From contig JABDDJ010000001.1 of assembly GCA_013287645.1 (NCBI GenBank), positions 28,419-92,418 of the forward strand: a stretch of 64,000 bases of DNA. The letters are read 5' to 3'. Below, piece by piece: positions 35,179 through 44,559 of this stretch (positions are counted from its first letter, which is position 1; each line of letters opens with the position of its first letter). The stretch comes from Chlamydiota bacterium (GTDB taxonomy: Bacteria; Chlamydiota; Chlamydiia; Chlamydiales; JABDDJ01). A program made the position numbers and the translations under genes. Below the pieces are notes generated by a model. It did no database searches. It was not told the DNA's origin and saw only the letters and a list, made by a program, of their open reading frames with translations.

Positions 35179-36768
35179 TTATACAGCTTGTTGTTCCTTC
35201 AATACCAAGCTTTCTTCAATAACTAATGGCTTTGGCGCTTCTGTCGGTACAGAACGTGTCTTGCCAGACAATATATTAAACTGCTTTCCAAGCATATAGG
35301 TAGCCACTGTCCAAATCCCTATTGTCGTCATTAAGAAACCTGCCACATAAGGCGCTGAAATAGTCAAAGAACCAAATGCTACTAAAAGTCCTTGGTGAAT
35401 CAGCGCTCCGCCTGACTTTCCTAAGCGAGAGCAGACACCGTCAATTGCAGACTTAGCTTTGACCTTCTCCTCATGCGAAAGCGGAATGAATGCCATCTCT
35501 TTAGTTGCATCGAAGACAGAATACTTGGAGGCTCGGCTAAGTACGTTTTGAGCTGAGCCAAAAAAGACGACCATTGCTAAGGGCGACATGCTTAATGTGG
35601 CTAAGATGGCATCTGTTCCATATTCTTTCAAGAAAAAGAATCCAAAAAAACCGATACTCGTAACGAATAAAATGATTGGCGTAAGCATAGCTGTAAAGGT
35701 CCATCCACACTTTCTAACGGCATTTCCGGAGATAAACAACGCCGTAAAAGTTGCCAAGACACCAATTAAAGAAGAGACCTGGTTCATGTAGATGTTGTAA
35801 TCGTTTTCGCTCGGATAGAGCTCCTTAACTTCAAACTTCCATAACACTTCGACCAGATTGATCACTAAATTGTAGGATACCATAATGACAGCCATGCAGA
35901 GGACATAGCGGGAGTTGAAAAGCATCGAAAAGTTACTTCTCATCGAAAACTTCATTTTTTTGCCTGAAGCGTCTGCTTCTGCCAATGGCTTAAAGCGGTC
36001 GTCGGTCAAGATATTGCGGTTGAACCAGCGGAAAAGAATCATGGTGGCAATACCTGCAAGTGTCACAGCACCTATTTGTAGAAAAAGAGATTGCTCCCAG
36101 GCTGTAGAACCAAAAGGTATATCAGGATTATAAGCGCCTCTTGCAAGAAGGACACCCAGCTGGCCAGAGACGAATCCGGAAAAATTGGCTCCAATGCCAA
36201 AGAGGCCATAGAAGCGTTTAGCTTCGCCCATGCGAGTAATTTGGTTAGCGAATCCCCAAAAGAGGACAAAAAGGACGATATTTCCCCACAGTTCAGACAT
36301 GACGTAAAAGCCAGTTGCGGTCCAGTTGCGGATCATGGCAACAAAACCTTTGAAACCTATGGGAAGGATACTTTGGAGATAGTCGGCAGTTTCGTTAGGA
36401 TGTAAAGCATCGCGATTGGGATAGAGTACGAGTACATAAAGGATAAAATAGGCGAGAAATATGGAAGTCATCAGGTAGAAGACTCTTTCTCGATTAAGGC
36501 GGTTAGATAGTCTTGTGAATAGGTAGGTCATTAAGACTGAGCCAGGAAACATAACCCAGACTTTAATGAAGGGTATGACTTCTGCTCCAGAACCTTGAGC
36601 ATGCATGACAAGAGGATCTTTGAGAATGCGCAGGATGTTGTAGCAAAAGGAGATCAGGAAGAAGATGCAGAGCATCGGAACAAGCTTTTTGAGCTCGTAA
36701 TTATGTACAGGCCATAAGTAGGCCCGCCAACCACTAAATTCTTTAGTCTCTGACGGAGCAGTAGACAT
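35179..36768 (-). CDS. ntt: Nucleotide transporter (NTT/Tlc family), tandem paralog
   Basis: 529 aa. Carries the same family motifs (YELKKLVPM..., YSVFDATKEMAFIPL, AKSAIDGVCSRLGKSGG). Lies 20 nt from the neighbouring paralog. Confidence 0.9.
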   Translation of the reverse strand: MSTAPSETKEFSGWRAYLWPVHNYELKKLVPMLCIFFLISFCYNILRILKDPLVMHAQGSGAEVIPFIKVWVMFPGSVLMTYLFTRLSNRLNRERVFYLMTSIFLAYFILYVLVLYPNRDALHPNETADYLQSILPIGFKGFVAMIRNWTATGFYVMSELWGNIVLFVLFWGFANQITRMGEAKRFYGLFGIGANFSGFVSGQLGVLLARGAYNPDIPFGSTAWEQSLFLQIGAVTLAGIATMILFRWFNRNILTDDRFKPLAEADASGKKMKFSMRSNFSMLFNSRYVLCMAVIMVSYNLVINLVEVLWKFEVKELYPSENDYNIYMNQVSSLIGVLATFTALFISGNAVRKCGWTFTAMLTPIILFVTSIGFFGFFFLKEYGTDAILATLSMSPLAMVVFFGSAQNVLSRASKYSVFDATKEMAFIPLSHEEKVKAKSAIDGVCSRLGKSGGALIHQGLLVAFGSLTISAPYVAGFLMTTIGIWTVATYMLGKQFNILSGKTRSVPTEAPKPLVIEESLVLKEQQAV

Positions 36769-37104
36769 GAATATCCTTATGTATAAATGAATTATGAGAG
36801 GACACTACTTCCTTCGCAATGGTGTTGCGAGCGGGTTTATACCGTCTAGACGGTATGGTAAGAGTGGGACATAAGATCGAGAACATTTCCTGCCTAAGAG
36901 GCACGCTTTTATACCCTCCGTTTTGGAGTGTAAAAACGTTATTGAGCGAGCCAATTGCTCGCGCTTCGCCTATGGTTATAATGCAATCGCCTCTTTTTTG
37001 CAAATCTTTTCTCTCTATAGTAACTTACTAATTTAAAAAATTAATTATACTATATTTACTAATTAATTGCAATAGTAGTAACTATTTTTGTAATTTTTTA
37101 ATAA

Positions 37105-37144
37105 AAGGACAAGGACAATAAGGACGATAAGGACGCAAGGGACA
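37105..37144. repeat. AAGGAC short-period tract (single arm), GGAC family
   Basis: Sequence aaggacaaggacaataaggacgataaggacgcaagggaca. No inverted partner nearby. Confidence 0.6.
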
Positions 37145-37172
37145 TTAATAAACTCTTAAATTAGATGTAAAA

Positions 37173-38399
37173 CTAAAACTTCAGAAGTTGTTTTCTAAAA
37201 TCGTAGTCAAGTTCAAAAGAATCTACTAAATATTGATCAACGTTTAATGAAGGGACTCCATTATTAGAAACCGGTCCATCACCAGAAGATCGATCTTGAT
37301 CATACCACTTTGCCAAGCCGGACACAGCATAGGTATCATCACCTTTATTTTGGCTGACAATAATTGCATGTAATGAAACTTTAAATTCTTTTAATTCATC
37401 GTTCAAATATTTACTTTCAGCTTCTTCTTTTACTTGTTTGAGAGTATTTTTTAGGATGTTTTTTCTTTCTGCTTCACTGTCATTTTGGATTAGCATCACT
37501 TGATGATGAATATTATCATTCACAATGCAATCAAAGTAGACATTGCTGTTATTAGGCAGTTCATAGTCCCTAGAAAAAATATCATCATATGCATAGGTTA
37601 GATAAAGCTTTGCCTTCGCAGCTGAAGTTTCTTTGATTTCTGCAGGTTTTTTAAATACCGACAACATAGGATTAGCCAGAACAGTATGAACGTAGGGAGC
37701 ATTCAAAAGCTCTAACTTACTCAAGATATCCATATCTTCTTTTGAGAGAGCAAATAATCCAATAGATGGATTAAATCTCTCGGTTAATTCCGCTAAGGAC
37801 ATACCTGATTGCGGTTCTTGCAAAAAATCTATGTTGGTTTTTTTAGTTCCATTTTCTGAGAATTTATAGTTAAATGATTCATAGCCATATTTTTCTGTAT
37901 TAAGACGATGAAAGACATCTAGACTGACATTTAATTCACAAAAACTACAATAATCTTTTTTAGGTATTTTTTTATAACATTCACTTTCAAATACATTTAA
38001 CTGATTGGAAAGAGGATTCTTATTCTTCTCATCGATTGTAAAGCGTGCCATATATTCGGATTTTCCCTGCATATGAAATCTTAAACGAAAATAGCAGCAG
38101 CTATTGGATTTAGAAAATTTGTATCTCCGAAGATTTTGACAGGCGTTATAGAGGTCATTTCCCGTTTTAGTGACTAGGTATTCATTGCTGAAAAATTTAA
38201 TAAGCGGAAAGGTGGTGTAAAAAAGTAGGGTGAGGAGTGGATAGGCTAAGCCGGCTTTAAGGTATGTGACAGCTTTCTGCCAGCCGATGGATTCTTTGGA
38301 GCACTGAATATAATCGTTATAAGCGTTAACTAACGGCTTTGTTATATAGGGAACATCATATAATTGAACTCCACAAAATCGATTATTTACTTCTGCCAT
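37173..38399 (-). CDS. Hypothetical membrane-associated orphan protein (effector-like)
   Basis: 408-aa ORF, AT-rich. One hydrophobic stretch, AVTYLKAGLAYPLLTLLFYTTFPLIKFF. No recognisable motif. Confidence 0.55.
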   Translation of the reverse strand: MAEVNNRFCGVQLYDVPYITKPLVNAYNDYIQCSKESIGWQKAVTYLKAGLAYPLLTLLFYTTFPLIKFFSNEYLVTKTGNDLYNACQNLRRYKFSKSNSCCYFRLRFHMQGKSEYMARFTIDEKNKNPLSNQLNVFESECYKKIPKKDYCSFCELNVSLDVFHRLNTEKYGYESFNYKFSENGTKKTNIDFLQEPQSGMSLAELTERFNPSIGLFALSKEDMDILSKLELLNAPYVHTVLANPMLSVFKKPAEIKETSAAKAKLYLTYAYDDIFSRDYELPNNSNVYFDCIVNDNIHHQVMLIQNDSEAERKNILKNTLKQVKEEAESKYLNDELKEFKVSLHAIIVSQNKGDDTYAVSGLAKWYDQDRSSGDGPVSNNGVPSLNVDQYLVDSFELDYDFRKQLLKF

Positions 38400-38480
38400 A
38401 GTAATCTCTCTTTAAAAAGATGCAATTTTATAGAAGTAATAAATATTATTCAAGTTTTATTCAAGTTTGTTACGAGATAC

Positions 38481-38547
38481 GAGGGCCGGGCCTGCATAAC
38501 TGCGTAACTTCCTTAAAAACTTACGCAGTTACGCAGGCCCGGCCCTC
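38481..38547 (-). terminator. Long GC-rich hairpin immediately after the pgk stop
   Basis: Stem gagggccgggcctgcataactgcgtaa (38481-38507) pairs with ttacgcagttacgcaggcccggccctc (38521-38547): 27 bp, one mismatch, 13-nt loop. No clear U-run. Confidence 0.6.
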
Positions 38548-39750
38548 CTATTTTTTAGAAAGTGCCTCGATTCCTGGGAGGGTTCCAAATTCGATGTATT
38601 CTAAGGTGGCGCCTCCCCCTGTGGAGAGATGTGTGACTGTAGAAGCGAGACCCATCTGCTGAAGGGCGGCGATCGAATCCCCTCCCCCAACGATAGTGGT
38701 GGCCTTTAAGCGGCCGATCGCTTCTGCTATGGCGCGTGTTCCTGCGGAAAATTTGGGTATTTCAAATACTCCTAGTGGTCCATTCCAAAGTACTGTTGTC
38801 GCTGTTTGGAGTGCAGCAACGAAATCTCGGATGGTGCTGGGGCCAATGTCGACTCCTTCGAATCCTTTGGGAATTCCTTTGGAAGGGTTTACTGTGACGG
38901 TCTTGGCGGTCTCGTTCATAGCATCGGCGGCGATGACATCTGTAGGAAGATGTAGCTTGTTTTTATGGTCTTTGACGCTATCTAGAATGGAACGCGCTTC
39001 ATTTAACATCTCATCTTCATGGATGGAGTTGCCTATGGCAAATCCTTGTGCTTTAAAGAAGGTGTAGGCCATCCCTCCGCCAATGAGGAGTGTGTCGGCT
39101 TTGGCGAGCAGGCTTTTGATGACTCCGACTTTGGAGGAGATTTTGGCGCCTCCAATGATTGCTAAAAAGGGTCTTTTTGGACTAAATAGAGTTTTACCTA
39201 TACTGTCGATCTCTTTCTGCATCAGAAATCCGGCTGCAGCTTTTTGGGGGAAGTATTTGGCGATAACAGCTGTGGAAGAGTGTGCCCGATGAGCAGTTCC
39301 AAAGGCATCATTGATGTAAATATCGCCTAATTTGGAGAGTTTTTTAGCAAAGGATGGGTCGCTCTCGGGCTTCTCTTCCGCATTGTAAAAGCGTAGGTTT
39401 TCTAACATAAGCACTTGTCCAGGCCTTAAAGAGGCGGCTAGGCGTTCGACTTCGGGTCCGATGCAGTCTGGGGCCATGATGATGGGGTGGTCTAAGAGGA
39501 TGGACAATTTGGCGGCGACTGGTTTTAGGGAGAATTCAGGCTTTTTTTCGCCTTTGGGACGTCCGAGGTGACTCATTAGGATGAGCGATCCACCATGATC
39601 TAATACGTACTTGATAGAGGGTAGTGAGGAGACGATACGTGTTTCATCGGTGACCTCTTGTTTGTCATTTAGAGGTACATTGAAATCTACTCGCATGAGA
39701 ACTTTTTTGTTCTTCATGGATAGGTCTGTGATAGAAAGGACGTCAGACAT
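38548..39750 (-). CDS. pgk: Phosphoglycerate kinase
   Basis: Contains RVDFNVP, SHLGRPKG and GGGDS...STGGGA. ATG 39750 has the RBS aagagg and abuts the upstream gene's stop; the track start 39789 would overlap that gene. Confidence 0.95.
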   Translation of the reverse strand: MSDVLSITDLSMKNKKVLMRVDFNVPLNDKQEVTDETRIVSSLPSIKYVLDHGGSLILMSHLGRPKGEKKPEFSLKPVAAKLSILLDHPIIMAPDCIGPEVERLAASLRPGQVLMLENLRFYNAEEKPESDPSFAKKLSKLGDIYINDAFGTAHRAHSSTAVIAKYFPQKAAAGFLMQKEIDSIGKTLFSPKRPFLAIIGGAKISSKVGVIKSLLAKADTLLIGGGMAYTFFKAQGFAIGNSIHEDEMLNEARSILDSVKDHKNKLHLPTDVIAADAMNETAKTVTVNPSKGIPKGFEGVDIGPSTIRDFVAALQTATTVLWNGPLGVFEIPKFSAGTRAIAEAIGRLKATTIVGGGDSIAALQQMGLASTVTHLSTGGGATLEYIEFGTLPGIEALSKK

Positions 39751-39752
39751 GC

Positions 39753-41165
39753 CTAACCTCTTATTAAAGTGTCTGCTTCGAGTATCCAACCCCCTCCTAA
39801 TGCTTTATAGAGGGCTATGACCGAGAGGAAACTATTGCTTTGTGCTTCGGCATAATCGAGCTGGGCAGTAAATAGATTTCTTTGCGCATCCAAAACATTT
39901 AAATAGTCTGTCTCTCCATTATAATACTGCAAATTGGCTATTTTTAAAGCTTCTTGTAAATCTTTGACTCTTCTGACATTGACTGTAACAATTTCAAGGA
40001 ATTTTTTATGAGCAATTAATGCATCATCCACTTCGCGAAAGGCGGTTTGTATGGCAGAAATATACTCGTGATAGGCTTCGACATTGACAGCTTTGGCTTC
40101 GCTGACCTGACTGGCGATTTTCCCTGCGTCAAAAAGGGTTTGAAGATAAGAAATCCCATAGGTCCACAAGCGGGCTGGTCCTGTAAATAGCTTAGTGAGT
40201 TCCATGCTGGCATTTCCATAGGATCCGGTGAGGCTGATCTGCGGGAAAAAGAGCGCTCGTGCTTCCCCTATTCTTGCATTGGTGCTAACCAATAAATCTT
40301 CGGCTTCTAAAATGTCTGGGCGTTGTTCAAGTATTTGTGAAGGTAATCCTTCGGGTATTACTGGAGGCATCTGCAGATCATCTAGCCAGAGCCCTCTTTG
40401 GATGGCTTGTGGGTTGCGCCCGATGAGTACGCTTAAAAGATTTTCTTGCTGTGGAACTAAAATTTCAAATTGCTTGATCTGAATCAGAGCAGACTCCATT
40501 TCTGCTGCGGCTTGAGTCACATCTAGCTCGGAGGTAATTCCTTCCTTAAAGCGTGCGACAGCCAGATTATAAGATTCTACACGTGACTTATAGGTCTTTT
40601 GGGAGATATCAAGCTGCTTATCATACTGTCGCATTAAGATATAGGTGCTGGCTACAGAGGTAACTAAAGATTGTACTACAGTCCGCCTGGCTTCTATCTC
40701 ACCCATAAAGTCTGCTAAAGCTGCTTCGGTTGCGCTGCGAATTCTGCCCCAAATATCCAATTCATAAGAAAGGTTTAAGGCTATGCTATAAATAGTTGTT
40801 GTTCTTTTGACACCAGGAGGAATGGGAGTAGCCAAAAGTGACGCTTCGCTGCGAAAGTCTGAACCTGTTGATGTGATAGTGGGGAATAGGTCAGCCGATA
40901 CTACGCCTAACCTTGCATAGAATTCCCATACTCTTGCGATGGCTACTTTGAGGTCTTGGTTATTTTGGAGAGCTTCTAGAATAAGATAGTCCAAGACATG
41001 ATCGTTAAACTGTTCCCACCAGCGTACATTGGCAAGGGTTGTGATTTCATTATTATCTAGTCTCCACTCGTCAGGAATTATGATGCAAGGACGCGAGTAG
41101 GGTGAATGCAGTACACACGACGAGGTTAAAAAAAGAAGTATATATACTGCACAAAATGATCGCAT
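39753..41165 (-). CDS. Outer-membrane efflux lipoprotein, TolC/NodT family
   Basis: Lipobox LFLTSSC at the N-terminus. Duplicated OEP-type repeats (LDYAEAQSNSF..., ALYKALGGGW C-terminal motif). Confidence 0.85.
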   Translation of the reverse strand: MRSFCAVYILLFLTSSCVLHSPYSRPCIIIPDEWRLDNNEITTLANVRWWEQFNDHVLDYLILEALQNNQDLKVAIARVWEFYARLGVVSADLFPTITSTGSDFRSEASLLATPIPPGVKRTTTIYSIALNLSYELDIWGRIRSATEAALADFMGEIEARRTVVQSLVTSVASTYILMRQYDKQLDISQKTYKSRVESYNLAVARFKEGITSELDVTQAAAEMESALIQIKQFEILVPQQENLLSVLIGRNPQAIQRGLWLDDLQMPPVIPEGLPSQILEQRPDILEAEDLLVSTNARIGEARALFFPQISLTGSYGNASMELTKLFTGPARLWTYGISYLQTLFDAGKIASQVSEAKAVNVEAYHEYISAIQTAFREVDDALIAHKKFLEIVTVNVRRVKDLQEALKIANLQYYNGETDYLNVLDAQRNLFTAQLDYAEAQSNSFLSVIALYKALGGGWILEADTLIRG

Positions 41166-41190
41166 TACCCCTCATTTTAAAATTTGAATT

Positions 41191-42186
41191 TTAACGTAAT
41201 AACATTTCAACCCATTTTTCCCTACTCCATCCCTCGCCATAAAATATTTTTCTTGAAGGCTTACGCCTGTCTAAACTACGCGCATACATTTTGTCGTAGT
41301 AATCCATCAGTTGGCCGGCAGCATCCCTCATCTTTCCCTCGTGCAATTGACAAAGGATATTTTTAGTCCTTACTCCTCCCAATCTTTTATGCAGACGTAA
41401 GACCGATTCTTTTAAATATTCTGTGGGCAAATTGCCATAATCAACCAAAAGTCTTTCCAAGCGCTCTTCAGAAGGGATCGCTATTTCATACAACTCTGCT
41501 TCCTCTATCTGCGAAAAAAAAGCGTCGGGAATTTTACAATGTCCTACCATCCGACTCTCATCTTCAATCCAGATAGGCCGACTTATATCCTGCGAATGTA
41601 AAGCCACAGCTAAAAGATTTTCAAAATGTTCATTAGAGGGTTGAGAGGTATCTATGCTCAGACCAAAAGCACTGCCTCGATGACTTGAAAGTGCCTCTAA
41701 ATCAATGACCTGCTCCCCTCTTCTCGCTAACTCTTTCAAAATAGAGGTCTTGCCTACTCCCGTCATTCCTCCAAGGACTTTTAGTGAATAAGAAATCTGA
41801 AATTTTTCTAACACCCAGCGACGAAATGCCTTATATCCTCCACTTAATATAGAGGTCTTTACATTGGCCCAATCTAACAGCGTAGAAAATATTTGGCTGC
41901 GTAAACCTCCTCGCCAACAATAAATGCCAGGAGATCCTAAAGAAATTTTTTGACCTTGCTGAATCAGCCCAGCAAGTCTTGGCCCTGTTAACTCTACACC
42001 TTTTAAATAAGCAGCTTGTGCCCCTTGCTGCTTATAGAGAGTACCAACAACAGCTCGACCCTCATCCGTCAACAGCGGCAAATTCACAGAACCTGGAATA
42101 TGCCCTTGAGCATACTCAGACGGACTGCGTACATCAATGATGCGCCCTGCCGTTACAATTTCATTAACCGAAATTCTAGCTGTCAT
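41191..42186 (-). CDS. selU: tRNA 2-selenouridine/geranyl-2-thiouridine synthase (SelU/MnmH)
   Basis: N-terminal rhodanese domain (IIDVRSPSEYAQGHIPGSVNLP, CWRGGLRS) followed by the P-loop GGMTGVGKTS. Confidence 0.85.
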   Translation of the reverse strand: MTARISVNEIVTAGRIIDVRSPSEYAQGHIPGSVNLPLLTDEGRAVVGTLYKQQGAQAAYLKGVELTGPRLAGLIQQGQKISLGSPGIYCWRGGLRSQIFSTLLDWANVKTSILSGGYKAFRRWVLEKFQISYSLKVLGGMTGVGKTSILKELARRGEQVIDLEALSSHRGSAFGLSIDTSQPSNEHFENLLAVALHSQDISRPIWIEDESRMVGHCKIPDAFFSQIEEAELYEIAIPSEERLERLLVDYGNLPTEYLKESVLRLHKRLGGVRTKNILCQLHEGKMRDAAGQLMDYYDKMYARSLDRRKPSRKIFYGEGWSREKWVEMLLR

Positions 42187-42202
42187 AAAAAGCTAATTAA
42201 TA

Positions 42203-42279
42203 ATTTTAACGCAAAGCCGCAAAGGCGCAAAGAAAAATTATAACACTTCTCTGCGCCTTTGCGGCTTTGCGTTTAATTT
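42203..42279. repeat. Palindromic intergenic element, NCGCAAAG-octamer family, copy D (after serS)
   Basis: Left arm ttttaacgcaaagccgcaaaggcgca pairs with tgcgcctttgcggctttgcgtttaattt, which ends at 42279 and abuts the serS stop. Confidence 0.8.
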
Positions 42280-43557
42280 TTATTCTGGTTTCAAAATGCT
42301 GATACCATCCAGATAGGGACGTAATACCTCAGGCACATTCACAGAACCATCTGCGTTCTGATTGTTTTCCAACAGAGCCACCATCAATCTGGATGTGGCC
42401 AAGCCCGATCCATTCAGGGTGTGGACAAACTCTAGCTTTCCATCGCTTCCACGAAAACGGATTTGTGATCGGCGAGACTGGTAGTCTGTACAGTTCGACA
42501 CCGAAGAAACCTCGTAATAGCGATTTTGCCCTGGTAGCCATACCTCGACATCCACCGTCCTTGCGGCTGCAAACGACATATCCCCTGTTACTAGCAGGAC
42601 ACTACGGTAATGCAATCCTAGGGCTTCTAGAATACCCTCCGCAAAGCCTACCATCTGATTAAATATGTCGGTACTCTCTTCAGGTTTAGTAAAACAGAAC
42701 ATTTCAATCTTGTTAAACTGATGCATGCGGATCAGTCCTCGCTCTTGCGCGCCTGCTGCTCCCGCTTCGCGTCGGAAACAGGGTGAATAGGCTGTATATC
42801 GCAATGGAAGCTGTTCCTCTTCCAAAATTTCATCATAGTGCAGTCCATTTAGGGGCACTTCAGCAGTGGGAATCAAGTAGAGATGGTAATCTTCATCCTG
42901 TATCTTAAATTGCTGCTTTTCAAACTTTGGCAACTGACCAGATCCAAAAACAATTTCTTGACGCACTAACAGCGGAGGCATCCACATCTCAAAGCCATTC
43001 TGGATCTGACGTGAAAGCATAAAATTAATCAGCGCCCACTCTAAGCGAGCTCCTAAACCTCGATAGACTGGCCAACCCGATCCCGAAATCTTGGCTCCGC
43101 GTTTAAAATCAAAAAGATGCAGAGATTCATTCAGCTCTACATGGTTTTTGAATGGAAAAGAGAACTCGGGTTTTTTGCCATGCGTGTTGATGACTTCATT
43201 ATCTGCAGGACTTTGAGAGACTTTCACATCATCCATGGGAATGTTAGGAAGAGAGGCAAGTTCAGTTTCAAAGGTATTTTCAAGCTCAAGTATGCGAGGA
43301 TCGAGATGATGGATCTCTTCATTAATCTTCGCTACCTCCTGCATCAATCCAGAGGCATCCTGACCTTGGCGTTTCAGTGCGCCGATCTTTTGTGATTGCT
43401 CATTCCTAGAAGCCTTTAAAGCCTCTGCCTTGGTCTTCAAAGCACGTAACTCTTCATCTAAAGAGATCAATTTTTCAAGAGAAATGGAGGGATCTTTCGT
43501 CTTCAGCTTATCTTCGACAGCTTGACGATCTTTACGTATGAGCTTCACGTCTAACAT
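42280..43557 (-). CDS. serS: Seryl-tRNA synthetase
   Basis: N-terminal coiled-coil arm and class II motifs (FRREAG..., GSGLATSRLMVALLE). Confidence 0.95.
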   Translation of the reverse strand: MLDVKLIRKDRQAVEDKLKTKDPSISLEKLISLDEELRALKTKAEALKASRNEQSQKIGALKRQGQDASGLMQEVAKINEEIHHLDPRILELENTFETELASLPNIPMDDVKVSQSPADNEVINTHGKKPEFSFPFKNHVELNESLHLFDFKRGAKISGSGWPVYRGLGARLEWALINFMLSRQIQNGFEMWMPPLLVRQEIVFGSGQLPKFEKQQFKIQDEDYHLYLIPTAEVPLNGLHYDEILEEEQLPLRYTAYSPCFRREAGAAGAQERGLIRMHQFNKIEMFCFTKPEESTDIFNQMVGFAEGILEALGLHYRSVLLVTGDMSFAAARTVDVEVWLPGQNRYYEVSSVSNCTDYQSRRSQIRFRGSDGKLEFVHTLNGSGLATSRLMVALLENNQNADGSVNVPEVLRPYLDGISILKPE

Positions 43558-43579
43558 TTTTATCTCAGCATTAAAAGTT

Positions 43580-43620
43580 ATAGTTCCGAAGTGGATCTAA
43601 TTAAACCACTTCGGAACTAT
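43580..43620 (-). terminator. Hairpin terminator after the 43635..44429 gene
   Basis: Stem atagttccgaagtgg (43580-43594) pairs with ccacttcggaactat (43606-43620), a perfect 15-bp stem. Confidence 0.65.
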
Positions 43621-43634
43621 TTAGTGCGAGCCCT

Positions 43635-44429
43635 TTATTTAGGCAATTGGTAGTCAAAAATTTTATTTATCCTGTTAGGTAAAGGAAGCATTGCTTGACG
43701 ACATTTTGCTTCAAACAAAGCAGGAGGTTCGAATGACCTTTTCTTGGGAAGAGCATTAATAAACTCTCTTTCAGCATGGTTGACAAAACCCCTCTTTTTC
43801 TGCAGATCGGGATGATTTCTTCCCTTATCTGCGAGGCGGCGGATTTCTTCTTTTAATACTTGAAGAATGATATCATTGCAGTATAAGTTAGTATGGTGCG
43901 CATAAGCACTCAATTTAACTTCATCAGAAACATCACTATTTTCTTCAGAGTAGATCATATTTTTCATTTCATCAATTTTAGTTAGTGTTACCTGGATATT
44001 GACATTCTTTTCTTTAGCACGAGCAATCCATTCATTAAGGTATAACTCAGAAATTCTTGCGTCTTCTGCAGAACATTCAGTTAATCCAAGGACGAATATT
44101 GGTCGGTTTGATAGAGGAACAGGTTCAGGAAGAGGTGCAGGAAGAGGTGGAGGAACTGGAACAATAGCTTGATGATCTCGAATAGTATCTTCAAGCATCG
44201 TATGAAGCTTATGTAATGACCAAATCTTTTCTTTTAATTTATTTTCACAATAATGTTTAGGGTAATCACAAGAGGTGAATACAATATGATTAATATCTTT
44301 TAAGAAAGTAAGTTGCTGATTGACATCGATACCATACTGTCTTGCTTCTGCTAGTAAATCAGCATTTTTGCCTGATAAAAGGTTCATACTGTGTATCATA
44401 GGACGTGCTAATTCTTCTGAGATAATCAT
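43635..44429 (-). CDS. Hypothetical orphan protein with a proline-rich PVPPPLPAPLPEPVPL segment
   Basis: ORF. I moved the start to ATG 44429 because a strong aaggagg RBS lies 5 nt upstream of it. No known domain. Confidence 0.6.
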   Translation of the reverse strand: MIISEELARPMIHSMNLLSGKNADLLAEARQYGIDVNQQLTFLKDINHIVFTSCDYPKHYCENKLKEKIWSLHKLHTMLEDTIRDHQAIVPVPPPLPAPLPEPVPLSNRPIFVLGLTECSAEDARISELYLNEWIARAKEKNVNIQVTLTKIDEMKNMIYSEENSDVSDEVKLSAYAHHTNLYCNDIILQVLKEEIRRLADKGRNHPDLQKKRGFVNHAEREFINALPKKRSFEPPALFEAKCRQAMLPLPNRINKIFDYQLPK

Positions 44430-44559
44430 GGCAACCTCCTTTTTGAGGATGTACGGAGCAGAGATCACTGCTCCCTTACTCAACGCCATAAATCTTCAAA
44501 TAATTTTTTAACACTCTTTTCTATATCAAATCGGTACTGAAGCTTAGAGAGTGATCACA

